Shown here: positions 1 through 11,900 of the stretch, piece by piece
Layout of the letters: every line of letters begins with the position of its first letter
Position numbering within the stretch: position 1 is the first letter of the stretch
From: Thecamonas trahens ATCC 50062
Taxonomy: Eukaryota > Protista > Apusomonadida
Assembly (NCBI RefSeq): GCF_000142905.1
Contig: NW_013657620.1
Coordinates: forward strand, 1 to 64,000
Length of the DNA stretch: 64,000 bases
Direction of reading: 5' to 3'
Notes under the pieces: model-generated
Seen by the model: only the letters and a program-made list of their open reading frames with translations
Told to the model about the DNA's origin: nothing
Database searches by the model: none
Position numbers and translations under genes: made by a program

Positions 1-312
1 GATGTGACTGCTGTCAGATCCTCATCGCCGCCGTCGCTGCAGCAGCCGCAGCCGCAGCCGCAGCCGCAGCCGCAGCCACAGCAGAGTGAGCCCTGCGAGA
101 TGGCCCTAGAGGATCTCCCTGCGCCGCCAGACCTGCCGTCGCTGCCGCCAGACTTTCGACGCCGCACCATCCACACAGCTGGACTGCCGCCGCCGCCAGA
201 GCTGCCTTCGGTCCTCAGACGTGAACCGATTCGCACCGCAGGCCTGCCGCCGCCGCCTGACCTGCCATCGGCGTACCATAGCTTGAGCTCAACCGAAAGC
301 GATACCATGTAG
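1..312 (+). CDS. 3' end of a gene starting before the window; Pro/Gln-rich tail with three LPxPPxLPS repeats
   Basis: Open frame from the window edge to TAG at 310-312; (CCGCAG)n encoding QP repeats; repeated TAGLPPPP(E/D)LPS motif. Confidence 0.5.
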   Translation, partial: DVTAVRSSSPPSLQQPQPQPQPQPQPQQSEPCEMALEDLPAPPDLPSLPPDFRRRTIHTAGLPPPPELPSVLRREPIRTAGLPPPPDLPSAYHSLSSTESDTM

Positions 313-1133
313 CGCGACTCCAGGGGCTACCGCCCAAGCAAGTGGCGTAATTGCGCCGAGCAAAATTTGGCCGAGGGCTCTGAACACACCCATGGTCTTC
401 CACTCTGTCGCCTGATCTACTCGTTCTACACACGTGCCAACCACACCAATTCGTAGGCACAGTATACACCGTGGGCTATATTGCTTTGTGAAGCCGAATC
501 TGGTAAGACCCTCTGCTCCAGGCCGCCCGCACAAGTAAACGTCTCAGGGGACTCGATCTATCGATCTGTTTTCCGCCGATTCTCAACACCAACGAGATAC
601 AAGCCAACATCCAGCTCCCGACAACGAGCGGCTCAAACATGGAGCGAGGCTTGGGTGTTTCAGAAGAGCATGCCACAACGGTAGTTCCTTCTGAACAGGG
701 ACATCGTCGACGTAGATGGCGTACTTGCCAGAGTAGGGCCTGATGCCGCGGACAAAGTAGACGCAGTCGATGACAGAGTCGGCGTCAGCGGCAACAGCAA
801 TGGCATCAATGCGAGCATCAAAGATCCAGCTGCACTCTGGCGCATCAGGAGGGAACCAGTGGACCGCGGCAGAGACGCTCACACGGTTTGAATGGGCGAT
901 GCCGAGTGAAAGAAAGCAGGCTGCAGCACACGATGGCAAGTCGACGACGCAGCCAGGATCGGCGGCGGCAGCAGCGTGCCAGGACTGAGGGACACTCGAC
1001 GAACATCTCGCTAGAGGCTGAGCCCGGCATGAGATCGACGACATTCCGACAGGCAGGTGCGTGACTCCACCGTGCATTGCGGTCATCTTTCATTGCGTCA
1101 GGCCAACAACACGCTCTCTACCCATACGCGCCC

Positions 1134-2728
1134 TTATCGGAGTCGCCTCCTACCTCTTAGCGCCTCACGCACCATATAACTGGGCACCATGTTGTACATG
1201 ATCATCCAATCATGCACGCGCTTGCTCTTCCTATGCATGCTCGCTTTCTCGTAGATCGTAATCATGACCATGCAGACGTACTGATCGGCGTCGATGCCAT
1301 ACTTGGCCATATTGTCCAAAATAGCCTCGGCAGTCTCGATATCATTCTGCTCCTTGCATCGCTCCAGGTCCTTGCTGTATGCCCCGATGTCGAGCTTTGT
1401 GTGCCTGCCGGCCCAATCGGCCTCGAACCCATTCCGACACATGTCCTCATCACGGCCGCAGGCAATCTCCTCAGCACACTGCGGACAGTTCTTGGGCCAG
1501 GTGAAAGAGTCATCAAAGAGAAATCCGATGTCTGCATGCTGCCTATCGCACGGCTGGTCGAAGAGCGTACCCGGGGCAGAGGCAACCGAGGCGATGGCCT
1601 GCACAAGCCCCCGGATGCCACCACCGCCAGCAAGGGCTGCGTCGATGCGCAACGTCTTTCGATCTGATCCTCGAGTGACGTCACGGCAGTATTGAGCTTG
1701 ATCTTGAGAAACTCAGTGATCTGCTTCAGCAGCTGGCCGGTGTTGCAGAAGGCAGTGTAATCGGCTGCTGCCTTCTTCTCGCACGCGGCCCTCGTGTTGA
1801 GCATCAAAAACAGCTCCGTCTCACTCCCTTGACACAGATTGTACAACAACTTGCCCCAACTTTTCTGTTGCTCGAATGCCCGAAGTAGCCCATTGTTGGT
1901 GGTCCATTCCTTAGCGTTGACCTCCTTCGCTTTGTACGCCGCCTTCATCATGGCGTAAACACGCCGGTCATGTCGCTTGTCAAGGATATCCTCGCCGAGT
2001 AGCTCACCCACAACATCCACCATGTCCAGCACTTCAAAACCGCTGATCTGCTCGTTGACCTCCTTGAGCAGGATCCGCCTCTCTCGATCCAGGTTTCCAA
2101 AGGCGTAGGCGAGCGGAGAGACGAGGCCAAAGCCAGCGTCGCGCAGTGCTTGCGTGAGTCGCGTCGCATCGCAGCTCATGATCTTGGGCTGGTGGCCGTT
2201 GGAGAACTGCAGCTCCGGAAGTGGCGTAAAGTACCCGGGGTTGAAGGTGCGATGCATCGACTCGTTAGCCTTTTTGAGACCGAGAAACATGCCCAAGGCC
2301 GCCGCATTCTCGTCGTCGGCGGCGATGGCGGCGAGCCGCTCGGCGTCACCTGCGATCATCTGATCCAGCGGCAACCCGCGGAGCTTGCTCACATAGAGCT
2401 TCACAGAGGCTTGCAGCGGCATGGGAATATCCGAGGAGAAGCCCCCTTCGCCGTTGTCGTTCATGTGGGAGATGTTGTTGCGAACTTCGCGCAGCGAATC
2501 CTTCACATTCTTCGCACAGTGTGTTGTGCCTGACCTTGCGCGAGCATCCAACTCGTCGATCCACGAAGCAAACACCACCACCCGCTTCTGACGGGTCACA
2601 CCATCGATGCTGTCGTCCTTCACCCAGTTCAGGATGGTATCAAGCTCATTTGCTGCCTGTTCTCTTGCCTGTGAGTCTCGTCACCCGCTGCAAATACCGA
2701 CCTGCTGCTGGATCCGCGACATCTCCAT
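1134..2728 (-). CDS. Hypothetical protein with two C-terminal PPR-like repeats; one 33-nt intron (2669-2701) and one frame break at ~1657
   Basis: ATG 2728 MEMSRIQQQ|GTCGGT...CTCACAG|AREQAANELD joins the 453-aa ORF (the intron contains an in-frame TGA). One extra A at 1657-1659 gives IEKTLRIDAAL and joins ORF 1134-1652, which ends in PPR-like helices (AEAILDNMAKYGIDADQYVCMVMITIY). Confidence 0.6.
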
Positions 2729-3640
2729 GCCGCTGCTCGTCCATCATGCTGTCGTGACTGGCCGTCATCACCGCCGTTGACCGACCATGCTCCACCACCC
2801 CACCACCGAGGCAGCGCGCGAGTCCGCCCGCTATACATCCTCCAAACACATCGGTCCACTATTGCACCCCCTCTCTCTCTCTCTCTACATACCATGACGA
2901 ATGTCAAGTCAAGTGGTCCTCATACCCCCCTCCGCGTCGGCACTGTGGTGCGCGGGTGGGTGGCTCGGTGTCCGGCCTGAATCGTAAATGGAGTTTTTTT
3001 TGCGACATCTGCCCTCAGTCGTCAGCACAACGGTGCTACCGAGATCTGCCACAACTCGGCTTGCGGCGCTCCTCCTCGCGCTTGCCCCCCCCCCCCCCTC
3101 CCTAATCCAGTGGACCTGCGTCCGCGCCCCCATCAACACCGCCCACTCTCTGCGTCTTTCGCCTGCCACCTCACCCGGGTCATGATCCACAGCTCGCCTG
3201 CGACATCGAGCTTGTCCTCGACACGCCGGCCATACTCACTCAACCGCCACGCTCATCGTCCTCACCCACCTGCTCGTCGCCTCCATCGCCACGTCCCCAG
3301 TGATCCGAGGACGAGAAGCACCGGTACCAGCAACCAATACCTCATGTCATATATGGAGACGCACACAAGCTAGGGCACTTGAGCATGCATATGGTGAAGA
3401 TCATCCCAGATCTGGTCCTGAGCTCGGAGTAGCCAAGGCATGAATCGGTCTCGCGCGGGCTCCATCTCCCCACATACGCCCAGTAGCAATGAATCGGGTT
3501 GGAGTTTGGTGGCGGCGGCCAATCATCACGGCCTTCTATTTCCGTGCCGGAGAACCACCGCAGCTGGCGCAGCCGCAGCCGCAGCCGCAGCACACGTGAC
3601 TCTCTCATCTCACGAGCTGCCCACGAGACCAAGAGCTATT

Positions 3641-4768
3641 ATGCTGGACAAGCTTTCCACCGAGCTCATTCACCGCATTGCATACCATCCTACCTCGCCG
3701 CTACCTCTGCCTGACGTCCTCGCTCTCGCCTCGTCGTGCAAGCGGCTCAACGCGGCGCTGCTCGGCTCGCCGCATGCGCGGGCTCTCGCATATGCGTCAC
3801 TTGGATTGGACGAGTGCATATCTCGCGGCCTGTGGCGATCGGCGGTGCTGGCCATCACCCGTAGCCCTTTGTCCTCGCAAGCCGGTTGCTGGGCCGAGAT
3901 CAAGGTCCGCCAGCTCTTTGATGCTGCTGATCCAGAGGATGCTGATTGGTGCCATCTCGTCCGTCTCGCCCAGGAGGCAGGTGCCTGCGCAGCTGTCTCC
4001 GCCTACACTACCGTTGGCACGGTGTATTGGCGAGGGCACATCAAGATGGGCCCTGCCTCACTTGCGGCATGCTACGGGCTTGCTGATCTGGCGGTAGCCC
4101 TTGTTGACAGTGCCGATGGACGCGATCGAACGTACGCTCTCAACGCCGCCGCCTCTAACGGCCTCACCGATCTGGCCCGGTATCTTCTGGACGATCCTCA
4201 GCTCCGGCCTATGCCAAGCTACCACGGTCCGCTCGAGGCTGCTGCTGCTAATGGTCACGTCGATGTTGTTGCCATGCTCCTCGCCGATGGGCGCATCAAA
4301 CCCGGCGCATCTGACTGCAACATCATGAACTGCGCCGCTCTCAACGGCCATCGAGACGTTATCGAGTTCCTCCTTAACGATGCCCGGATGAATCCCTTGG
4401 ACAACAACATGGCCTTTGAGACTGCGTGCAAAAAGGGCCATGCCGACGTCGCTGCGCTCCTCCTCGCTCATCCCAGCGTCGATCCTGCCGCGAACCACTA
4501 CAGCGGGCTGCTCCAGTCAGCGTCGTTGGGCCACGCTGATGTTGTTGCGCTTCTTCTTGCCAATCCTCGCGTTCATCCTGCCGTCTTTGACAACGCTGCC
4601 ATTCGCTTTGCCTCCGAGTACGGCCGAACGGAGGTCGTCCGTGTTCTGCTTGCAGATCCGCGTGTTGACATCAGTGCCGACAACAATTACGCCATCCGCA
4701 TGGCTGCGCAGAACAACCACACCGAGGTTGTGAGCCTCCTTCGTGATGCGGGTTGTCCATTGCCGTAG
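3641..4768 (+). CDS. F-box-like plus ankyrin-repeat protein
   Basis: N-terminal MLDKLSTELIHRIAYH...DVLALASSCKRL (F-box-like); about 7 ankyrin repeats (AAANGHVDVVAMLL, ACKKGHADVAALLL, ADNNYAIRMAAQNNHTEVVSLL). Confidence 0.85.
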   Translation: MLDKLSTELIHRIAYHPTSPLPLPDVLALASSCKRLNAALLGSPHARALAYASLGLDECISRGLWRSAVLAITRSPLSSQAGCWAEIKVRQLFDAADPEDADWCHLVRLAQEAGACAAVSAYTTVGTVYWRGHIKMGPASLAACYGLADLAVALVDSADGRDRTYALNAAASNGLTDLARYLLDDPQLRPMPSYHGPLEAAAANGHVDVVAMLLADGRIKPGASDCNIMNCAALNGHRDVIEFLLNDARMNPLDNNMAFETACKKGHADVAALLLAHPSVDPAANHYSGLLQSASLGHADVVALLLANPRVHPAVFDNAAIRFASEYGRTEVVRVLLADPRVDISADNNYAIRMAAQNNHTEVVSLLRDAGCPLP

Positions 4769-5314
4769 CCCCATTTTCTCGCCGTGCAGCCGTTACGACT
4801 ACCTTTACGTGTGGGCCCGCCTCCGATTTGGGACAGACAACATAGCCCTCCCTGCGCACACAGCTGTGACGGCTTTCCCAGAGAGCTCTGTGACTATGCC
4901 GTGCGATGAGATCGATATATCATGCCACCGCTACCCTCTCCCATGGTCTCTCCCTGAGACACACCAACACCAACGCTGCCGACAGATGACTGGCGCGCCA
5001 GGCTGCCTTCCCACTCCAGCTCGCTATCGGGGCTTGCGTCCCTTTGGCCATCGTCATCGCTACGCTCCTTTATAGTCTTTGCCCGTGATAGCTGCAGCCA
5101 CCGCCGACCTAAAGCCAGTCACCATCCAATCATCCCACCTTGTGCTCGCGGCATCGCCCCCCCCCACCCCCCTCGACAGGCAACCCCCCCCCCCCCCCCC
5201 CCACTCCTCCCAGTGTTCCCCACTCATTCCGTGGCTCGGCAACACCGCTCTCGCCTCTCCTCCCCCCTCCCCTCCTCCCCTCTCCCGCGTGGTCTCCAGA
5301 CCGGTAGCTCGAGT

Positions 5315-8300
5315 ATGGAGCTGCACACACATCGGGCGCGGGGTGCGGTGGCTGTGGCGGCTGCGGCTGTGTCGCTTGTGATGGTGTATGTGTGGTTCAA
5401 GGAACCATGGCCGGAGGGGATGGACGGCAGCAAGCGCAGCATTTTGGGAGCATGGATGGCCATGGCCTACCGTCGTAACTACCATGCATCTCCACCGACC
5501 CCACCGCCAGAAGCCATTGACCCTGGTGTCATTCATTCTGATTCGGTGGCCCTTAATCGTTACCATCGTGCTCTGGATTGGGCAACAGACGCCTTGGCTC
5601 GCCCGCTCAAGGTCAGCATCTCGGCCGATGATGGCGAGATGACGGCCATGGCCACGACGGCGACCACGATTCCCATGACCTATTATGGTGATGGTATGAA
5701 GGGTCCTCGTGGACCTGCCTCGGCTTTGTTACACACAACGAGCTCGGTTTGGCGGCCACGCCGTGATTGGTGGGGTGTCAGCCACGCCCCGCTCTCCTTC
5801 TCCATCTTCATCCAGGAAAGCGTCTTTGTCAGACCGGACAATCTGCCCACCTTTGCCGTCGTTGGCAATCTAGTGGTGGTCGAGACGAAAGACGATGATC
5901 TGGTAATCCCGTTCCTGCATCTGGCCGAGTCGGACGGTGTGTGCGGTACGACGCCAAATGAGGTCGCCCTGCTGCTCTTCACCCGCGTCCTGCCGGCCGT
6001 CGCCTCGGCGCTCCTCCCGACTCACCACACCGAATTGAGCTGGACGGCGTGGCGCGGATAGTGCTGGCCCTCCCAGACTGCATCGTTGACCATGCCGACC
6101 GCGAGCTTGCGGCGAGAAGCGTGCTGGACAGTTTTGCCACGCCTGTGCTGCGCGCCATGGTCGGCCTCCCGCTGCACGTGGTGTGGCTTGCTCCGCAGGA
6201 GGCGCTGGCGGCCCATCGCGTCGTCTTTGTGCAGGACATGGCGCTGGAGTTTTGCTCGCGGGCGCAGCTCCATCGCTGGCTGAATGCGGTGCGAGCCGTG
6301 TCCGGACTGGCCAGTGACGATGTGTGGGCACCAGCACCGTGCGTGGCAGTAGTTGTCAAGCCGGAGATCCAGCTTGAGGAAGATGCGTTGGATGCCATCG
6401 TTGAACTGGTGCCTGATGTCTGCGAGGTGGTGACGCTGGAGGCCGAGACTGAGATGGACGTTGCCTTGGAGGCGCTTGCGCAGGCGCGTGTTTTGGTTGT
6501 CTCGTCGGAAGTGCAGTCCGGGATCCGGCCGCTGTGGTCCATGCTTGCTCCGTTCTTGATGGTGCCGAAGCGGGTTGTCTTGTTGGACATCCTTTTGACC
6601 AGATGGGAGGGCGGGGTGCCAGGCTCAATGGCCGCTGCAATGTCGATCGACATCCCCCCGTACTCTGCGATGTGGCGGGCGTCGTTGGGTATGGACTTTG
6701 CCTATGTGCCGTACTTTGCGTTCTCGGGTCACCCTGTTGTGCGCGATCAGTATGTCCGCGACTGCCTTTTGTATGCCCGCGAACCCTTCTACGGACGTGT
6801 CGAGGACTTTATCCTCTCCCTCGATCTGGCAGAGCACTATCCGCTGGTATCGCCTCTGCGCAAGCTCGATCCATCCCGTGAGGGCCGTCCGCGGACTGTG
6901 GCTGAGCAGGCAGAGTTGGGCAAGGACTTGTTTGTTATTGGTGGTGCGTACGATGACTGGATCCACCAGGAGTCAACGTACGTGGTCAAGGTCGCTGGTG
7001 GGCGACTGGAGGGCCGTGGCTATATTGTAGACGGCTCGAAAGTTATCTTGCCTTTCCCAGACAAGGGCGTCGGTGACGAAACGTTGTTCGTCCTGCGCGA
7101 GCACTTGGAGCACGGGGCCGGCCCGATGTTCCCACCGTGCGCCATCTTCCCTGTCGATGCGCCAGTGTTCTCTCTCCTGCAGGTCTGGGACTCGGTGTAC
7201 TACCACATTGTGCTCGAGACGTTGCAGCGACTGGTGTTCTCGCTCGACTTTCTACGGCAGCATCCCAATGTGCTTATTGCACTGCGGTCGCCCAAGAAGG
7301 CACCCGCGCCGCAGTATGTTATCGACCTGCTGACGCGCCTCGAATTGATCGATCGTGTGCTTTGGGTGGCGGAAGAGGAGTGTCTGCTGCCTACTGGCAA
7401 GCATGGTATGTATGTACCTGCGGCGTCGCTGATGGCGACCTTTACCCCTGCTGCCGCCGAGCTCTATCACGCGATCTTTGTCTCGCCGGCTGTTCAGGCC
7501 CGGCCGCCAACACCACAAGATGCGGTTGTGTACACGCAGCGGACCAAGACGCGCCAGGTGTCGAACAATGATGCTGTGGTTGAGCTGCTGCTGGAGCTCT
7601 TTGGCGACCGGGTGGTGGTCTTTTCGGATGATGCGCTGCCCCCGATCTTGGAGACGGCCAACGTGTTTGGCTCTGCGGGCTTGGTAGTGGGCCCCGCTGG
7701 CAGCGGGCACGCAAACCTGGTCTTCTGCTCGCGGAGACAGGCGTTGGCGCTGGTAGAGTTGGAGCCCGACAGGTCGTGCGCTTGCCACTACAAAACGGCC
7801 CACGCCGTGGGCGGGCGGTTCTACTTTACAGCCGATACCACGTCGTCTGCCTGGATGGCGCCGTTTGAGGCCGATCTCGACATTTTGCCAGGTGTCGAAC
7901 AATGATGCTGTGGTTGAGCTGCTGCTGGAGCTCTTTGGCGACCAGGTGGTGGTCTTTTCGGATGATGCGCTGCCCCCAATCTTGGAGACGGCCAACGTGT
8001 TTGGCTCTGCGGGCTTGGTAGTGGGCCCCGCTGGCAGCGGGCACGCAAACCTGGTCTTCTGCTCGCGGAGACAGGCGTTGGCGCTGGTAGAGTTGGAGCC
8101 CGACAGGTCGTGCGCTTGCCACTACAAAACGGCCCACGCCGTGGGCGGGCGGTTCTACTTTACAGCCGATACCACGTCGTCTGCCTGGATGGCGCCGTTT
8201 GAGGCCGATCTCGACATTTTGCGCGCGCTCCTGCTGGAGGCTGATCGCCAACGGCGGCTGGACCTGGAGGCTATTGCTCAGGGTCTACCGTTGCCCGACG

Positions 8301-8374
8301 TGTCCGACATTGTGCCGTGGCCCAATGCTGCTGCCAGGGATCGATGGCTCGAGTTGCATGCAAGCGACGAGTAG
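5315..8374 (+). CDS. Type II membrane glycosyltransferase family 61 (DUF563)-like protein, interrupted by a frame break (~6016) and a 334-bp tandem duplication
   Basis: N-terminal TM anchor (AVAVAAAAVSLVMVYVWF); GT61-like motifs YYHIVLETLQRL, RQVSNNDAVVELL, FGSAGLVVGPAGSGHANLVF, LVELEP, YKTAHAVG; ORFs 5213-6061, 6049-7905 and 7865-8374 chain together. Confidence 0.7.
7553..8220 (+). repeat. 334-bp direct tandem duplication (7553-7886 and 7887-8220)
   Basis: Two near-identical copies starting GCCAGGTGTCGAACAATG; two substitutions seen; GC microhomology at the junction. Confidence 0.95.
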
Positions 8375-8905
8375 ACGGAGCAGGAAAGAAACGTGATTGT
8401 CGCGACGGCCGCCGATGGTCGACCATGCGTTGACAAGGATGCAAGCGACGATGCAAGCGACGAGTAGACGGAACAAGAAAAGGAACTTACTTCCCGCGAT
8501 CACGCGCGCCTGCCGAGCAGCAACTACGTGTGCTTGCCAGCAGGTCGTCTAATTGGCAGTGCTGCGCTTCGCACTGCCAGGCAGCGAGCTAGTGCCGGAT
8601 CAAGGACTGGCAACCAACGTCTTTGTCCACGATGTTCTCTCACCCTTGCCATGCCGGCATCGGCACCGATACGGCTGTAAAACCCCGGTGTAGAGGAGTG
8701 TGTGTGTGGGGGGGGGGGGAGGGTACAAAAATTGTTCTCCTTAGGTCGTCATTCCTCTGCTGCCGGGAAACATATCAGAAATCGTTGCAAACTTGGGCCG
8801 ACCTGCAACGCGTGGCTGTTGACTCGGTGGAGAAAGAGACAACCGTGCAGTCGAACAACTGGCAACGCACACTCGTCGTCGACGCCGAGAGGGCTATTCC
8901 TCAAT

Positions 8906-11900
8906 ATGGCCGGAACCAGCGGAATGAGCACGGGAAGAAGCAGCGCCATGAAAAAGACGAGGACGGGCAATGGGGGGAAGAAACCACGCGGTTTGTCCAA
9001 GAAGAAGGCGTATGCCTTTGGTGCCGGTTGCGGCTGCCTCACCACAACGATTATTGTTGCGGCCGTGCTTTTCGTCATTTTTCTTCTCGATGATGTTCGG
9101 GAAGATCTTGGCCTCGTTCGACAGAACACGTACATTGCAGCGACTGCTGAGCGTGCGTCTTCGGTGGCGGGACATGTGGCCGTGGTGAGGGAGACTGCTG
9201 ATGCTATGTATCTCGCCTTGGCCGCGGCTTATCGTGATGGGGACATTGCAAGCCCGGACGATGTGGCAGGGCTGACCAACACCCTCCGCCCGCTCCTCAC
9301 CTCGCACCCGTTCATCGCCTCGATCTCGGCCGCGCACTCAACAAGGAGCACGTTCAGATTCCATCGCGAGCACGTTCCCTTTCTCATCACTCAGTTCCGG
9401 GTCTATGTCAACGACAGCTACCAGACCCAGATCGAGCGGGTGGCTCCGCCTGGAGTGCCCATCACCCACGCCAACTGGTCCGAACCAGTCCCGCTCGCCT
9501 TTGACCCATGGGCCACCGAATGGTGGGCTCGTGGCAGCGATCCGAGTCTTGTCAACGTCACCGATGGAAATCCCATTGCGTGGAAGGCGCCGCTTGTTCC
9601 CGAGCTCGGCGATGCGACTGACCCGTCGGCCCTGCTCATCCCCTACATGGAGGCCTCGTTCCGGCTCAACTTTCGCGACTCGGACCACTTTTCGGTCTTC
9701 CGCATCCAGCTTGGCGTCAATGACATGTCATCGCTGCTCGACATTGTGCCGGCGAGCGACATCGTCATCGTGGCGGCCGACGGCTCGCTCATCGCCGGCC
9801 AGTCGGACGTCCAGCTCATCGAGTACATCGACTCGGAGAACCCAAGTCTTGGCGCACGGAATCGCCGCGTATGGGAGGTGCCTGGCCTCGATGTGGTGAC
9901 CGAAGAGTATTTGCAGAGCGCCGGCGGGCCGTTTGCCGGCGGCTACTTGTACGTGTCTTCGGCAACAGCGCGGGGTGACCTGCCGTGGCGCTCGGTCATC
10001 CGCACCTTTGCCGCCGATGTTGCCGGCGTGGAGGATATTGCGCGGATGGAGGACTCGGTCTTTCGGCTCCAAGTCTGGATCATCACCGTGGCCTCGGCCG
10101 TCGTCGCCCTCATTGTGCTCTCGATCCTCACTGTGTACGCCGTCTCGCGGGCACGGGTCTTTGCGATCCGCACCGACACCCAGTACTCGTTTGAGATGAG
10201 TGATGTGGTCATGGGTCAGCTCCTTGGTGTGGGCGGCTTTGGTGAGGTGTACCACGGCACGCTCAATGATGGCCGAGCAGTGGCGGTCAAGATCCTCAAG
10301 ACGCCTGCCGTCACCAAGCAGGAGATGCGGGCCTTTGTCTCGGAGGCAACTGCCATGGCTCAGCTCCGCCACCCAGACATTGTCGACTTTGTCGGCATCA
10401 TCGCCACCCCGCCGGACTTTGCCATTCTCTCGGACTTTATGCCGCGCGGCTCACTCTTTGCCGCCCTCCATCGGCCGTACACTCTCTACGACATGACGCT
10501 GCAGATCGCCTGGCTCCGCGGCATTGTCTCGGGCCTCCGCTTCCTCCACGCCCGTAACATCCTCCACCGCGACCTCAAGTCGCTCAACATCCTCCTCACC
10601 GTCGCGTACATGCCCAAGATCTCCGATTTTGGCACCGCAACTCTTGCCGAGTCGGTCTCAGCTACCGGCAACGAGATGGATGCGGTGACGTCGTTGGAGG
10701 CTGGACAGGGCGATCTCGGCTCGATCTTCTGGTCGGCGCCCGAAATCCTCTCGCCGACGCCGATCCACTCGGAAGCGTCCGACATCTACGCCCTGGGCAT
10801 TCTCCTCTGGGAGATCGTCTCTAACGGCGCCGACCTGTATCCGGACATTGCCGCCTCGTCAGTCGCCCATCTCGTGGTCCATGAGAATCTCCGACCGCCG
10901 ACTTCGATCCTCCCGCCGCGCTTCATCGAGCTGTACTCAGCGTGTGTGGACACCGAGACGCAGCGCCGTCCCACGCTGGCCTACATCGCTGGTGTCCTAG
11001 ACGACGTCGTTCCGCCCAACACCACACCCGTTCTGCCGTCGGATTGTGTGCCGTTCCCTACTGGCCCGCTCGCGGTCCTTGGCCTCACCATCCCGGATCT
11101 AGCACACGTTCTCTCAACCTCGACTGTGGCAAACGGCGAGGCCTATGTTGCCGCCATCTGCACCCTTCATGAGAAGATGGAGGCTATTGCTGCAAAGTTC
11201 TCGGGCGTGGTGGCCCAGTCGACGCTCCGCACCTTTATCGCGGTCTTCCCCTCGCCACAGGCTGCCATCCTCGCTGCCGCCGACGCGATCAGGAGCTTTA
11301 CGCCTCTCGCTAGCGACGCGGCCACTGCGTACAACACCGGCCTAGCCATCGACGACACGTCCAAATTTGGCTTTTCGTCGACATCGGTAACCGAGACAAG
11401 GTCGTCCCTTGAGCCTGCAGTCTCATCCAAAGCCTCGGCCCCGGCTTCGGCTTCAGCCTCGGCCCCAGTCAAGCGGAACCAGGTGGCGCCTGCCACGGCT
11501 ACACCTGCAATCGCGCCTGCGGTTGCGCCTACGCCTGCGCCTGCGCCTGCGACCAAGGCCACGGCCGAGAGCAAGCCGACGCCGACGCCGACGCCGACAA
11601 GGGCTCGCTGTCTTCTCCGTCTGCGTCGTTGTCGTCGTCTTCTTCTTCCTCGCCTTCGTCGTCATCGTCGTCGTCACTCCAGTCGTCGTCATCGGAAGAG
11701 GAAGAAGAGGAACAGACCGAGGCGAGGCTGGCAGCCGACGTGCTGGGAGTCACGTTTGGCATCGGTGTGTCATACGCGCACGGCTCGACAGCACGCAACA
11801 AGTCGACGTACGGCGTGATTGTGTCTGGACTTGCCAAGGACCAGGCGATGTCGCTGGCGCGGCGCGGGCGGCCCGGGGTAGCCATCGTTGCCGAGTCGGC

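Noticed and set aside
289-1093. Overlapping short minus-strand ORFs with protein-like stretches (WIFDARIDAIAVAADADSVIDCVYFVRG)
   Set aside because: Cannot be joined into one frame with clear splice sites and no family is recognisable; possibly a decayed gene.
8358-8472. 22-bp repeat ATGCAAGCGACGAGTAGACGGA duplicating the GT61 stop region
   Set aside because: Short local duplication with no evident function.
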